DNA from: a virus
Length of the DNA stretch: 64,000 nt
IMG/VR virus record: IMGVR_UViG_3300015360_000025
Direction: 5' to 3' (one strand)
The notes below the pieces were generated by a model that saw only the letters and a list, made by a program, of their open reading frames with translations, was not told the origin of the DNA and searched no databases. The position numbers and the translations under genes are program-made. Of this stretch, positions 1 through 9,940 are shown piece by piece. The first letter of the stretch is position 1. Every line of letters starts with the position of its first letter.

Positions 1-425
1 AATGTACATAGGCCGATAACCCTATGATATGATTAAGCAATCGGGCATTGGATATACCAGGTGCAGTGGTGCATACAGGCCGCTTCTGTGATAGAGGCAA
101 CAAATGTACATAGGCCGATAACCCTATGATATGATTAAGCAATCGGGCATAAGGAAATCAAGGTTTAGAACTCTTCAAGACTCTTCATGCCCATTGCCGG
201 CGAGCCATCGATGTAAAGGACATTGCCAGGAAATCAAGGTTTAGAACTCTTCAAGACTCTTCATGCCCATTGCCGGCGAGCCATCGATGTAAAGGACATT
301 GCCATTCATGATGGTTTTTAATGTACATAGGCCGATAACCCTATGATATGATTAAGCAATCGGGCATTGGATATACCAGGTGCAGTGGTGCATACAGGTC
401 GAGTGGGTTCATAAGGAAATCAAGG
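1..425. repeat. Mosaic direct repeats (units A and B)
   Basis: Unit A (aatgtacataggcc...) at 1-79 and 320-398, 48-bp partial at 103-150; 76-bp unit B in exact tandem at 152-227 and 228-303; cataaggaaatcaagg at 148-163 and 410-425. Confidence 0.95.
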
Positions 426-873
426 GGTTAGGAGGCCGCTTAGATCGCTCTCGAGATTCGAGGCCACTTTTTTCAAAAGGTCGTCATCTCCGTAACCATT
501 GGTAACTATTGGTCCTATTCGTTTTGCCGTCGTCATGGCATGATCATGATATCACCGCTACGGAGGTTACTTGCGTAAACCATTGATAACATTGGCTTTC
601 ATTTTTCTCTTCTCTGTCTCTTGCAAAAAGTGACTGTCCTGACGCCGGGTGGTCCACTCAACTATCTACGGATGCCGTTGTCGGAGTCCCTCCGAGGCCC
701 CACGATAGGACGAAACCACACGGCCATGGAGAACTGCCTCCGGCGTATCTTGTGAGCTCCGATCCCATCGTGCGACCAGGGGCCGCGTAAGTTTACTTAA
801 AACAGTCAGAGTTGGGTCGGAAGCCATAATTAGTATAAATTCCGCAATGAGATTTTGATTCGAGGAGAGACAC

Positions 874-1923
874 GTGGCAACCCTTCCAGCACTGGTAAAG
901 ACGTATAGTTGCCGAGCAAATGTACCATTCCAGGGTAACGCGACAGCGAAGGAGCTCGCTCAGAGCATGATCTGGAGCCTCAAGGAGAACCTGACAGGTA
1001 CCTTGACTGGTGGGTCCACTAGTGGGGCCCGTCACGCTAACTCCCTTTGGACTGTCAAGAGCAGCACCAACGGAGGCGGCGTTGGGGCACTCAACGACGG
1101 CATTGACCGTTGGACCGCTCACACATCTCTCGTGTGGGCGGCGAGCGCGAGCCCGCACTCGTGGATCATTCTGGAGAACGCGACTCTCGGTTACCAAATC
1201 TGCATCGACTGCTCGAGCGCCACGACCTCGGTCATCGGTATCACTGTGACTGAAATCGGCGCTCCCTACATCGGAGGCAGCTTCTCTGGTGCGCGTCCGA
1301 TCTCAACCGCGGGCGGCGGGTTAACCCCCGGTGAGTTCGCAATGGGGACCACCGGGACCGGGGTCGGGGCAACATTCACGTTCATCTCTGACGTTGTAGT
1401 GCTCAACTTCAACTGGACCCACTTCATCACCGAGGTCGATGGGAGCTTCCACTTCCTCTCGTCACGCACCGGCTTCGACATCTTCACGACTTGGATGTCC
1501 TTGAAGAAGACCGTCAATAACACGGTGACTGACACACGCAACATCTTCATCGGCGGTGAGTCATCGAACGGTGGACGTGGCGTGCCGACGACGGCGATGC
1601 TCAGTACCTTCACAGGTCAGCACGGTCTCAGGCCCAACGGATCCCACCCCGGAACCTCCGGAGGCGCTCAGCAAGCTGGCAACTTTGCCAACACTTCGTA
1701 CCCAAGCAACTCCGGAATTGATGCCCTCTCAGGTAACTACCTCGCCTTCCCGGTCGGTGTGATATGTGTCGGGACTCAAGTGGCGTACCGTGGTGAAATA
1801 CCAGATCTGTACTCAGTTGGTCTGGCGACAGTGGGGGCGTCCATTCCTTCGGTCGCAGCACAAGAGCGGGTCATTGCGGGAAACTTCATCATCCCGTTTC
1901 CTGGCGTTGCTCCGACGATCTAA
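874..1923 (+). CDS. Hypothetical G/S/T-rich protein, possibly virion-associated
   Basis: 349-aa ORF, GTG start with GAGGAG SD; no recognised motif. Confidence 0.75.
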   Translation: MATLPALVKTYSCRANVPFQGNATAKELAQSMIWSLKENLTGTLTGGSTSGARHANSLWTVKSSTNGGGVGALNDGIDRWTAHTSLVWAASASPHSWIILENATLGYQICIDCSSATTSVIGITVTEIGAPYIGGSFSGARPISTAGGGLTPGEFAMGTTGTGVGATFTFISDVVVLNFNWTHFITEVDGSFHFLSSRTGFDIFTTWMSLKKTVNNTVTDTRNIFIGGESSNGGRGVPTTAMLSTFTGQHGLRPNGSHPGTSGGAQQAGNFANTSYPSNSGIDALSGNYLAFPVGVICVGTQVAYRGEIPDLYSVGLATVGASIPSVAAQERVIAGNFIIPFPGVAPTI

Positions 1924-1935
1924 CGGAGAATAGAC

Positions 1936-2589
1936 ATGGCTGTCTTTGCAACCGATCACCCAGCTGGGTCTTCCACCATTACACTCGATAGTGGTGTCGG
2001 TTTCCCGGTAACGGGCGGTAAGATACTTGCTGGCACTTTTCCGACTCTGGAAAAACTATCCTACATTTCCAGATCTGGAAATGTTCTAACATTGAGCGGC
2101 CGGACTGCGTTCGCTTACCAAGATGCTACGCCGGGACCGGCTGACACTGTTAGCCTCGTCACGCTGAGTAGTTCAGACTTTGACTTCTTCAGTTCGACAC
2201 CGTTCACAGTGCCTCGTGCTTTAGTTCAAATCAAAGTGTCTAATATCGTTGTCGTCGGCTGTCAAGTTAGCCTTGCTCTTCCAGGGACCCCGCCGGTCAT
2301 CAACAACTTCTTCCCGGCTGTCGGTTCTTCCATCCAACCAGAGACAATAATCAATTTTGACATCGTCGATCTAGACAACTTTGCTCGGATCATGATCGTG
2401 GCTGCCTACGTCTCTGGAAGACTGGACGTCATCCATGATGGTGATGCGTTCGCCCCTTTCTACGCCGGTTCCACACGAACACCGATTTCCGGTGGATTCA
2501 CCTATTCATTCATCCGTTCGGGCGGATGGAGCGAGGACCCGACGATCACACCATACGCCGTCGACTCTTTCGGGACAGAGAACCTCTGA
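1936..2589 (+). CDS. Hypothetical beta-rich protein
   Basis: 217-aa ORF with GGAG SD, follows previous gene. Confidence 0.75.
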   Translation: MAVFATDHPAGSSTITLDSGVGFPVTGGKILAGTFPTLEKLSYISRSGNVLTLSGRTAFAYQDATPGPADTVSLVTLSSSDFDFFSSTPFTVPRALVQIKVSNIVVVGCQVSLALPGTPPVINNFFPAVGSSIQPETIINFDIVDLDNFARIMIVAAYVSGRLDVIHDGDAFAPFYAGSTRTPISGGFTYSFIRSGGWSEDPTITPYAVDSFGTENL

Positions 2590-2656
2590 ATTGTCATTTA
2601 TGACGGTTGTGTTGTATAATGAACCATCTTTGTAGAACAACCACTGGAGACACGAG

Positions 2657-2896
2657 ATGATCCGAAAGATTAAGACTGACCTGCCACGACTCACCGAGGT
2701 AACCCGATTTTTCGATTGTACTGAACACACTTGCCGATGTGGGAAGCGACGAGTGTTTGGAAAGGTCTTGTGCGATCATTGCGTCGACAGGAAAAGGGTC
2801 CAGAATGCTTGTTCTGAGATGCGATTCCTGTTCAAGGAACACCGCACTCACTTCGCCTCTGTCCTCTACAGTTTGCTGAAGACCGTGCTTCTATGA
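2657..2896 (+). CDS. Small Cys-rich hypothetical protein
   Basis: CxxHxCxC and CxxC motifs; GGAG SD. Confidence 0.6.
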   Translation: MIRKIKTDLPRLTEVTRFFDCTEHTCRCGKRRVFGKVLCDHCVDRKRVQNACSEMRFLFKEHRTHFASVLYSLLKTVLL

Positions 2897-3134
2897 TGAC
2901 CTATGTCGTCATCTATCTCGTCATTGGATTTTGTTTCATGCTTTACGAAGGTGGACGATCTCTTGATCCGATTGAGTATTACCCTGATCACAGTCTCCAA
3001 TACAGGATCTTCTTGACACTATCGCCGGGATCTTCTGGCCCCTTTACCTGTACGTTCTCATCCGCTGTGATATCCTCGACCTGGATTCGCCGCGAACTGC
3101 GGAAACGTCTGCAAGTTCGGTGACCGGAACGTGA
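2893..3134 (+). pseudogene. Small membrane protein, probable frameshift near 3018
   Basis: Hydrophobic N-terminus continues as GIFWPLYLYVLIR only in a shifted frame ending TGA at 3132-3134. Confidence 0.45.
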
Positions 3135-3490
3135 AAGACAAAAACTGGGACGAGATCCAACGGAAGATCGCGCGACTTGGCGATGCCTCCACACAGGACT
3201 ACTGTGTGTATTGTGGAGAGAGTCCTGAATCTGGGAGCCACATCTTCGATCACACGTATGTGGACCCACGGCCAGGCGTCATAGTCCAGCAAACACAAAA
3301 GTGGAACGACAAGGCTCACCTGCAACTTCTCACCAAGGAAGATGTGGCCGAATCGTTCGGCAGAGCTCGTAAAGCTGACGTGATCTTCAAAATCACTCGT
3401 ACACGCGACACGTTCGAACTTGTTTGTCTCAGTGTCGTATTCATCGCCTGTCTCGCCGCGATCCTCACATTTCTTGTCTTTTACCCATGA
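3131..3490 (+). CDS. Hypothetical protein with C-terminal TM helix
   Basis: CxxC motif; hydrophobic C-terminus. Confidence 0.65.
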   Translation: MKDKNWDEIQRKIARLGDASTQDYCVYCGESPESGSHIFDHTYVDPRPGVIVQQTQKWNDKAHLQLLTKEDVAESFGRARKADVIFKITRTRDTFELVCLSVVFIACLAAILTFLVFYP

Positions 3491-3734
3491 ATCAAGACAC
3501 GTTCATCTGCGTCGACTGTGGACAACCGACGGTCGGTCCAACGGTCCTCTCTGCAACTGTTACTGGGAAGGGAAGAGGAAGATTGTCGTATTGCCCAGGG
3601 CGAAGGCGCCCCCGATCATTTACGAGACATGCGGCTACCAGTGCAACTGTGGTGACGGATGTGTCCTTGACGCGCGCCACCGACCCGTGTCGAATTGCCG
3701 CTGCGAACTCCTTGGGTGCCCGGCCGAGTCATGA
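3487..3734 (+). pseudogene. Cys-rich protein, probable frameshift near 3526
   Basis: MNQDTFICVDCGQP in one frame; Cys-rich continuation (PLCNCYWE...CGYQCNC) in another, ending at the next gene. Confidence 0.45.
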
Positions 3735-3988
3735 CGAACCAAGAAGTGCAGATACGTCTCGAAATGGCACGCCACGTTATGCGTGGTGCAATGGAGTCAT
3801 TCATAGATCTACCTGTGACTCCTGAAACGATGGCGGCAATGAAGAGATCTGTCATATTGGCACTGACTCAGGCCGACATGAGCGGGACGAGACCGTATAT
3901 TACCGATCTTGTTGAAGTCATGGTAGAATGTGATCCTGATGACCCTACCGTGATGATCGTGGGGTTCAAACGAAAGGTGAAAACATGA
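3695..3988 (+). CDS. Hypothetical protein
   Basis: ORF track; start probably the ATG at 3731. Confidence 0.6.
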   Translation: MPLRTPWVPGRVMTNQEVQIRLEMARHVMRGAMESFIDLPVTPETMAAMKRSVILALTQADMSGTRPYITDLVEVMVECDPDDPTVMIVGFKRKVKT

Positions 3989-4347
3989 AGGAAGACAGAC
4001 CTGTCATCGTCAACGAATCGTTCCTACGAAAACTCCACAGACAGATGATTGTCGGCTGGATCCTTGCGGTCGCGGCGCTTATATCCACGATCACACTTGA
4101 GATTCTCTCACGTCGCAGTTTCAGCCAAGCTCGGGTGGAGGTCGCCAAACTCCAGACAAACATGTCGTTTATCACGGCGGAACAACGGAAGGTTACGGAG
4201 TCGTTTGTTATCGCTTGGCAGAACCAACAATCGACAGCTGATCTACTCGTCTCGTGGGGTGGCTACGTAAAGGAACGCGGAGTGCTTTCCAAATACAATT
4301 CAGAAAATCGTCCAGCGGAGTTCGTCGGTGTACGAGCAGCCAAGTAA
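3985..4347 (+). CDS. Hypothetical membrane-anchored protein
   Basis: One TM segment followed by coiled-coil; ATGA overlap with upstream gene. Confidence 0.65.
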   Translation: MKEDRPVIVNESFLRKLHRQMIVGWILAVAALISTITLEILSRRSFSQARVEVAKLQTNMSFITAEQRKVTESFVIAWQNQQSTADLLVSWGGYVKERGVLSKYNSENRPAEFVGVRAAK

Positions 4348-4581
4348 ATACGAAAAGCGCGTCCACTCTGGCTGGTGTCTCTGTGGACACCACATGAACC
4401 ACCACCACATATCGTGTGTCGTAAATCCACAGAGTGGACCCGCGCTCGCTGGGGAATGGCGCCTGCAGGGAACGTGCCTGGCTTACGGACACAACGGGCG
4501 TGAGGGAAGAGATGAACGTGGCAAACCTCACTGCTTTCACTACGTCGACAGAGACGATCCAAGCGAGGAACGGAGAAAAGA

Positions 4582-5049
4582 ATGGCAGGGAACAAGACGG
4601 AAACCAAGACATCTGTCGTAGGCAAGCTTGAGGGTTTTTTCGAGACTGGAACTGAGGGAGTCTGCTGGGCCGTCTACGAAGATGGCAAAACAGGCTACGA
4701 GGGTCTCCATTTCATCGAGACGGGACAACACCTCAAGGTTTGGGATCCGACCAATGGACGTTCCGTGTTTGATGAACTGATCTGTCTGGATACGAAGATT
4801 GGGAGACGTCTCCTCACTGATTTCCATCCCGGCGCCATGAAAGGGATACGACAGCAATGCGCGCTCGGGATGTGGGTGCACGGTATCCAATCTGGGTGGG
4901 ATCCTGACGAGTGGGCTAAACTCTTCTTCCGCGCGGTAGGAGAAATCGTATTTAGAGCAGAGCTCACGCTTGTCCCGCCTCGTGACAAGCGTGTTAAGAT
5001 GGAGAAATCACGGCCACCACCTACCAAGTACAGAAGAAAGAGACCCTAG
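4582..5049 (+). CDS. Hypothetical protein
   Basis: 155-aa ORF with GGAG SD. Confidence 0.7.
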   Translation: MAGNKTETKTSVVGKLEGFFETGTEGVCWAVYEDGKTGYEGLHFIETGQHLKVWDPTNGRSVFDELICLDTKIGRRLLTDFHPGAMKGIRQQCALGMWVHGIQSGWDPDEWAKLFFRAVGEIVFRAELTLVPPRDKRVKMEKSRPPPTKYRRKRP

Positions 5050-5051
5050 AT

Positions 5052-5417
5052 ATGTCTGACGTAATCACGAAAATCGATGACCGGACCGAGCATCGTCAGG
5101 TGACCCTTCGCCTTCGGGAAGGTGGGCTCAAGGAAATTCTTACGGGACTCGGACCAGACGGATTTTGTCAATCGGGCTCAGGTCGTATCGTCCGTTTAAA
5201 CGATGGACTCTTCTTTGAATTCTGTTTCAACGTCGGTAAATACAGAACACGTGTCCTTGCAATGTCAGTCGCGATCGACATTCCATTGACCGAAAACGAG
5301 TTGAAGTTTGTTCCACCCGAAGAGAAGGATGAAGATGAGATTACACCTGATGTTGATCCTGTTGTCGCTGACGTCGTGTCGGAACAGCGTGAAGCTGAAT
5401 CCGATCCTGCCGTGTGA
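5052..5417 (+). CDS. Hypothetical protein, acidic tail
   Basis: 121-aa ORF, packed operon-like. Confidence 0.6.
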   Translation: MSDVITKIDDRTEHRQVTLRLREGGLKEILTGLGPDGFCQSGSGRIVRLNDGLFFEFCFNVGKYRTRVLAMSVAIDIPLTENELKFVPPEEKDEDEITPDVDPVVADVVSEQREAESDPAV

Positions 5418-6351
5418 ACCGCAGAAAGAAGTCTGCGACGGACGGGACAACGACTGTGATGAATTGGTGGACGAGAATCTCTCAGAGGCATGCTCAAGCA
5501 TCTGTGGTTCCGGGAAGAGCATATGCACCAAAGGCGAGTGGACAGAGTGTAGCGCTCAAAAACCAAAGACGGAAGTTTGCAACGGAAAAGACGACGACTG
5601 CAACGGTCAGGTAGATGAGGGACTGGAAGTAAAGCCTTGCTACCCTCGTAGCAATCTGGAGTTGCTTAATGGTGTCTGTAGGTTTGGTGTAGAGAGATGC
5701 ACAGGAGGAGCGTACGTGTGCGTCGGTTGGATCGGACCAAAGGCAGAAGAGTGTAACGGGCTGGATGATGACTGCGACGGTGACGTCGACGAGGGGAAAG
5801 GTTCCCCGTTAGATCTGGTCTTCGTCATCGATTACTCCGGGTCGATGACGCAGACCATCTCATCCCTACAGGCTGCGACCGTCACGTGGGCCACCAAGTA
5901 CGCCACCCGGGTCGACTTGAAATTCGCGTTGGTTGGTATCCCGACGGATGCCATTGGTGATGACGGGCACGTCAAACTCATGTCAGACCTCGGTACGTCG
6001 GCGTCATTTGTGACCGAGCTGAACAAGCACCCACATGCATCTGGCGGAGGACAGGAAGCTTCTATCGACGCTGTGTATCAGCTTTCACAGCTTTCGAACC
6101 CCATAGGACTTCACTGGACTCCAGGCGCACGCCACGCCATCGTCATGTACACGGATGAGGAACCCCAAAGTTACCTTACCCCAGTCATCACATCGCAGCA
6201 GGCCCAAGATGAGGCGCTGCGCAATGGGGTAAGACTCTTCATCTTCTCGTCCAGTACTTCATGGGCTGGCTGGTCACCACGACCGTTCTACCAAGGCACG
6301 GCACTTGAGAACGAATTAGACAAGGTCATCGCCGAAGGGAGCTGCAAATGA
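5308..6351 (+). CDS. Lipoprotein with MopE-like putative metal-binding repeats and vWA domain
   Basis: Lipobox LSLTSC; three C(D/N)GxDxDCxxxVDE repeats; MIDAS DYSGS; YTDE motif. Confidence 0.8.
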   Translation: MFHPKRRMKMRLHLMLILLSLTSCRNSVKLNPILPCEPQKEVCDGRDNDCDELVDENLSEACSSICGSGKSICTKGEWTECSAQKPKTEVCNGKDDDCNGQVDEGLEVKPCYPRSNLELLNGVCRFGVERCTGGAYVCVGWIGPKAEECNGLDDDCDGDVDEGKGSPLDLVFVIDYSGSMTQTISSLQAATVTWATKYATRVDLKFALVGIPTDAIGDDGHVKLMSDLGTSASFVTELNKHPHASGGGQEASIDAVYQLSQLSNPIGLHWTPGARHAIVMYTDEEPQSYLTPVITSQQAQDEALRNGVRLFIFSSSTSWAGWSPRPFYQGTALENELDKVIAEGSCK

Positions 6352-6578
6352 AGAAGAAACAACCAGATGGGATGTTCTTGGAACTGGACGGTGAGGTGAA
6401 CATCATCACCAGGACGAAAGGGAAGGAGAAGCGGGAAGTCATTGATGGAGAGACCGTCCTCAAGTCTATCCTCTACATCATGGAGAGCGCTATCGACAAC
6501 CTGGTGAAGAATCCCACGACAAAGGCGGAGATCAAGAAGTCGAAGAAGATCACCCGTTACGCTGGTCGTACGCTGTGA
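6348..6578 (+). CDS. Hypothetical protein
   Basis: ATGA-coupled 76-aa ORF. Confidence 0.65.
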   Translation: MKKKQPDGMFLELDGEVNIITRTKGKEKREVIDGETVLKSILYIMESAIDNLVKNPTTKAEIKKSKKITRYAGRTL

Positions 6579-6886
6579 CCCGGTACCCGCCATACTTCAA
6601 GGACGCCATCGTTTCCATGAGAGAGCTCATGGAGATGCACCCATACGAGTGTTTCTGTGGGGCGGGTCTCACCACGGCCAATGACTGCGTCTACTGCCAG
6701 ACGTACGAGCGAACCGCTGAGCTCCTGGAGAAATGCGGGTTTCCATTGTCCTTCAGGCGTGGTAAAATGGAAACAAAGGAGACGCAAAATGGAAAACCTG
6801 TTGAGACTGTTGGGAATGATGACGACGATGAGTCCACAGCTGCTGGTAAAGATGGAGCTGTTGGTTCTCTCCCGAATTGCTCGTGA
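6575..6886 (+). CDS. Hypothetical protein with CxC...CxxC
   Basis: GTGA-coupled ORF. Confidence 0.55.
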   Translation: MTRYPPYFKDAIVSMRELMEMHPYECFCGAGLTTANDCVYCQTYERTAELLEKCGFPLSFRRGKMETKETQNGKPVETVGNDDDDESTAAGKDGAVGSLPNCS

Positions 6887-7034
6887 GCTGGACAATTCCG
6901 CCACTCGCATCGAGGCGATCAGGAACTGCTTCCCGAGCGGCACGAGCATCCATACCAGGGTGGTGAACGCCAGTATGCAGGTGAAGGTGGCCGCCGGCAA
7001 CCTCAAGATCATGGAAATCCCCGTGAGGCTCTAA
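6789..7034 (+). CDS. Hypothetical protein
   Basis: ATG at 6789 within track ORF 6657-7034; abuts next gene. Confidence 0.5.
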   Translation: MENLLRLLGMMTTMSPQLLVKMELLVLSRIARELDNSATRIEAIRNCFPSGTSIHTRVVNASMQVKVAAGNLKIMEIPVRL

Positions 7035-7475
7035 ATGCAAGAGAAAATCTACGACCTGGATGAGTACCAGAAAGAGGCGATGAGGACCTCACCCCGTGTC
7101 CAGCGAGCCTACCGGATCCCAGAGACCATCCACGACGCCCTCCGTGACTTCGTCGGTGATGGTGATGGAGCAGACCAGGAGGTACTCAACCCGCTCCTGG
7201 ACAACATGGACCAGATGATTTGGACCCTCGGTCTCACGGGAGAAGCCGGAGAGTTCGCCGACATGATGAAGAAACACCATGGTCATGGACATGATCTCGA
7301 CGAGAAGAAGGCGGCCAAGGAGCTAGGAGACGTTCTTTGGTATCTCAGTGTCCTAGCGGACTCCATCGGCTACAAACTCTCGGACATTGCCAGCATGAAC
7401 GTGGCCAAGCTACGGGAACGGTATCCAAACGGATTCTCGATCGAGGAGTCAAAGGACAAGAGGGACATACGATGA
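7035..7475 (+). CDS. MazG-like nucleoside triphosphate pyrophosphohydrolase
   Basis: LGLTGEAGEFADMMKK...KELGDVLWYL...NVAKLRERYP all-alpha NTP-PPase signature. Confidence 0.9.
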   Translation: MQEKIYDLDEYQKEAMRTSPRVQRAYRIPETIHDALRDFVGDGDGADQEVLNPLLDNMDQMIWTLGLTGEAGEFADMMKKHHGHGHDLDEKKAAKELGDVLWYLSVLADSIGYKLSDIASMNVAKLRERYPNGFSIEESKDKRDIR

Positions 7476-7774
7476 ACCCCGACGACCCCCGCTTGAAGCT
7501 ACTCGAGGGGCTCAGCCGTGAGCAACTCATCGGAGTGGTGATGGCATTCAACCACTGCTATGGTCACCTCGAGAAGAAGCTCTGGGGAGGAACGTACATG
7601 ACGTGTCTCCATTGCGCTGCGGTGGAGCGTGACAACGCTCTCTCCGAACTCGAATTGGCGGTGGACGACGCCGATGGAATCAAGAACGAGATGAGGTGCG
7701 CCTACTACGACTTCGACTACGACGTGGACCGGGTGGTGAGGAAGGTGAAGGCGAAAGTAAAAGAACGGCGGTAG
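7472..7774 (+). CDS. Hypothetical protein
   Basis: ATG at 7472 in track ORF 7337-7774; CxxC. Confidence 0.6.
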   Translation: MNPDDPRLKLLEGLSREQLIGVVMAFNHCYGHLEKKLWGGTYMTCLHCAAVERDNALSELELAVDDADGIKNEMRCAYYDFDYDVDRVVRKVKAKVKERR

Positions 7775-7898
7775 AGGACGTAGATGGCCTACGTCTGGAA
7801 GAAGAAACCGTTTTGGTTTCTTCCAGAAGACGTAAGGCCAAAACGAGTATCCTCAGGTCGGTTGGACTCTGGCGAACTACTTAGAACAGGAGATAGAA

Positions 7899-8237
7899 AT
7901 GTCATTCGGATCCAGAATCGCCGGCACGTTAGGCACTTACGTGGTTCCATTCTTTACATCGCCGATGATCGGTCTCCTCTGTTTCAGCATGGGAAATAGG
8001 AACGGTGCCAATTACCAATACGACCAAGACCAGGTCATGTTGGAAGTTTGTGTCGGAGATGTGCTAAAGCTCAAGGATGAAGTCAGACAGCTCCAGACTC
8101 TGGATGCCGGCCTCACTCCTGATAAAAAGTGTAGCAAGGTCTGCGAAGCAATAAGCATGGCTTCTGACGGCTTCATCACGGAGCATGTCTTCTTTCAGGG
8201 CTCCAACCGGCGAATTCGTCTGCTTCGTAATACCTGA
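7899..8237 (+). CDS. Hypothetical protein
   Basis: 112-aa ORF with SD. Confidence 0.55.
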   Translation: MSFGSRIAGTLGTYVVPFFTSPMIGLLCFSMGNRNGANYQYDQDQVMLEVCVGDVLKLKDEVRQLQTLDAGLTPDKKCSKVCEAISMASDGFITEHVFFQGSNRRIRLLRNT

Positions 8238-8240
8238 TCT

Positions 8241-8462
8241 ATGATATTGCTGACTCCGCCATTCCTATTCATTCCAACAAGGAACTACATCTTGGCAAAC
8301 CTTAAAGACGATCCTCCGAAAAAAAAGAGAGCACCTCCAATCTTCAAGAAGAAAAAGAAGAATCTTGAAGACGAACTCAACGAATCGCTTGAAGCGACTG
8401 AGAGGGCCATCGACAAAGATGAACCATTTCAGTTTAGCTTTCCATTCACAGACATCTTCTAA
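8241..8462 (+). CDS. Hypothetical Lys-rich protein
   Basis: 73-aa ORF. Confidence 0.5.
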   Translation: MILLTPPFLFIPTRNYILANLKDDPPKKKRAPPIFKKKKKNLEDELNESLEATERAIDKDEPFQFSFPFTDIF

Positions 8463-8478
8463 AATATAGGGGAGGAGC

Positions 8479-8697
8479 ATGAACTTGTCCGTCACTAGAA
8501 ATAGCGGTTCTATCGTAGAAGATGATCCCGATCTCGCGGTAGAGGTAGAAGATGGAAGCGACATTCTTCAGTACTGTCCAGGAGGCTGCAAGAAGAAAGT
8601 TCTCTTCTTCGGTTTCGATGCCAATTCAGATTGGGGCGACCAGTTAAAAGATGCGATGTGTCTCGAGTGTAGGACCAAACTCGTGAAGGGGATGTGA
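8479..8697 (+). CDS. Small putative Zn-binding protein
   Basis: CxxxC...CxxC; GGAGG SD. Confidence 0.65.
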   Translation: MNLSVTRNSGSIVEDDPDLAVEVEDGSDILQYCPGGCKKKVLFFGFDANSDWGDQLKDAMCLECRTKLVKGM

Positions 8698-8698
8698 C

Positions 8699-9025
8699 AT
8701 GGACGTTAAGAAGATGATCGTACAGGAGAAGCGGGAACGGACGGTCGATCTCATCGCAGGTGGTCTTTGGGCCGTGTGTCTTATCACCGCCATCATGGCA
8801 AGCATTCCTATCCTTATTGCCGCTGGCGGACTCGGATTGGGTATGCGAATCAGGTCGGTCATCGACAGGGGTCGTGTCATCATCTACATGGATGCGATCT
8901 CGAAGCACGAGGCTGTGGTCGAGTACCTTCTCTCCAAAATCGATGGTACCATACAGCCTGGTTCACAGGATGGCATCATGGACCTCGAGCAACTTCGAGC
9001 AACCCCTAAAAAGGATAGATCATGA
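8699..9025 (+). CDS. Membrane protein (two TM helices)
   Basis: Two hydrophobic segments. Confidence 0.65.
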   Translation: MDVKKMIVQEKRERTVDLIAGGLWAVCLITAIMASIPILIAAGGLGLGMRIRSVIDRGRVIIYMDAISKHEAVVEYLLSKIDGTIQPGSQDGIMDLEQLRATPKKDRS

Positions 9026-9279
9026 ACGACGAAAACGACGAAGAAACCAGAGAGAATACTATGCAGGAGAAGGAGCAGAAACGCAAGGGAAATCTGGCCC
9101 TGGCCACTCTCGATGCTCAGTGCCAGGTAAATGGTGCTGCGTGCATTCGTTTCGAGGATGGACAAATGTTCATGTTCTCTCGTAAGACCATCGAGACCCT
9201 TTGTGAGAAGATGGACGCTGACAATCAGGACCGTTCAATCATCTTCGTGAAAACCGGACCGATCCTCCGCGAGAACTGA
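9022..9279 (+). CDS. Hypothetical protein
   Basis: SD AAGGA; ATGA overlap. Confidence 0.6.
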   Translation: MNDENDEETRENTMQEKEQKRKGNLALATLDAQCQVNGAACIRFEDGQMFMFSRKTIETLCEKMDADNQDRSIIFVKTGPILREN

Positions 9280-9280
9280 C

Positions 9281-9466
9281 ATGTCCTTTGTCTGGGTCCT
9301 TTGTTGTAAATCATGTCACGTGACTTTCCCACCGTCTGAAGAGGAATGGGATGAAGAAATCACGTGCCCGTACTGCAAGACCATCGACTTTATCGAACAT
9401 GAAGAATACGATGGACCCGTAAAACCGTTCCTTCAAATCGTTCGTGAACCACCAAAGGCCTCATGA
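9281..9466 (+). CDS. Zinc-ribbon protein
   Basis: CxxC...CPYC. Confidence 0.65.
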   Translation: MSFVWVLCCKSCHVTFPPSEEEWDEEITCPYCKTIDFIEHEEYDGPVKPFLQIVREPPKAS

Positions 9467-9789
9467 CCAGAAAACTTGTCATTGTCGATTGCACTTCTGA
9501 AGATACGACAACGGGTTTAATCTATCAGAAAGAAAAGCTATCCGAAGAATTTGGTAGGAACCTGGATACTGTCGCAAAGGCTCGTCTCTGGCTGACAAAT
9601 CCTTTTAACTGGCACGAAGGGAGTATTACCATCGTCAAATGGAACGGTCTCATTCCGTCACTTAGTCGCCACCACGGACAACGTCTGACATTAGAAACAT
9701 GGGATGATGGACTCCCGATGTGTATCGTGCGTCAACAGTACGATCTCAGGAATGGAAAAAGAGAGCCGGAAGAGGAAAACGCTGAGTGA
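9463..9789 (+). CDS. Hypothetical protein
   Basis: ATGA-coupled 108-aa ORF. Confidence 0.6.
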   Translation: MTRKLVIVDCTSEDTTTGLIYQKEKLSEEFGRNLDTVAKARLWLTNPFNWHEGSITIVKWNGLIPSLSRHHGQRLTLETWDDGLPMCIVRQQYDLRNGKREPEEENAE

Positions 9790-9940
9790 TGTCCTTCTCC
9801 ATCGCCGACAAACTGAATGCAATCGATTCATATACACTCGGAGAGTTTGTGAAACAGTTGTCCATCGGAATCATAGGAGGAGTCGTCTTTATCATGGGAC
9901 TTCTTTTCTTGGTGCTCTGGTCAGACATAAGGAATAGAAA

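Noticed and set aside
680-725. Hammerhead ribozyme (gtcc...ggacgaaac)
   Set aside because: Required CUGANGA core is absent upstream of stem II
834-841. T4-type late promoter TATAAATA
   Set aside because: Imperfect single match (TATAAATT), not noticed recurring before the structural genes
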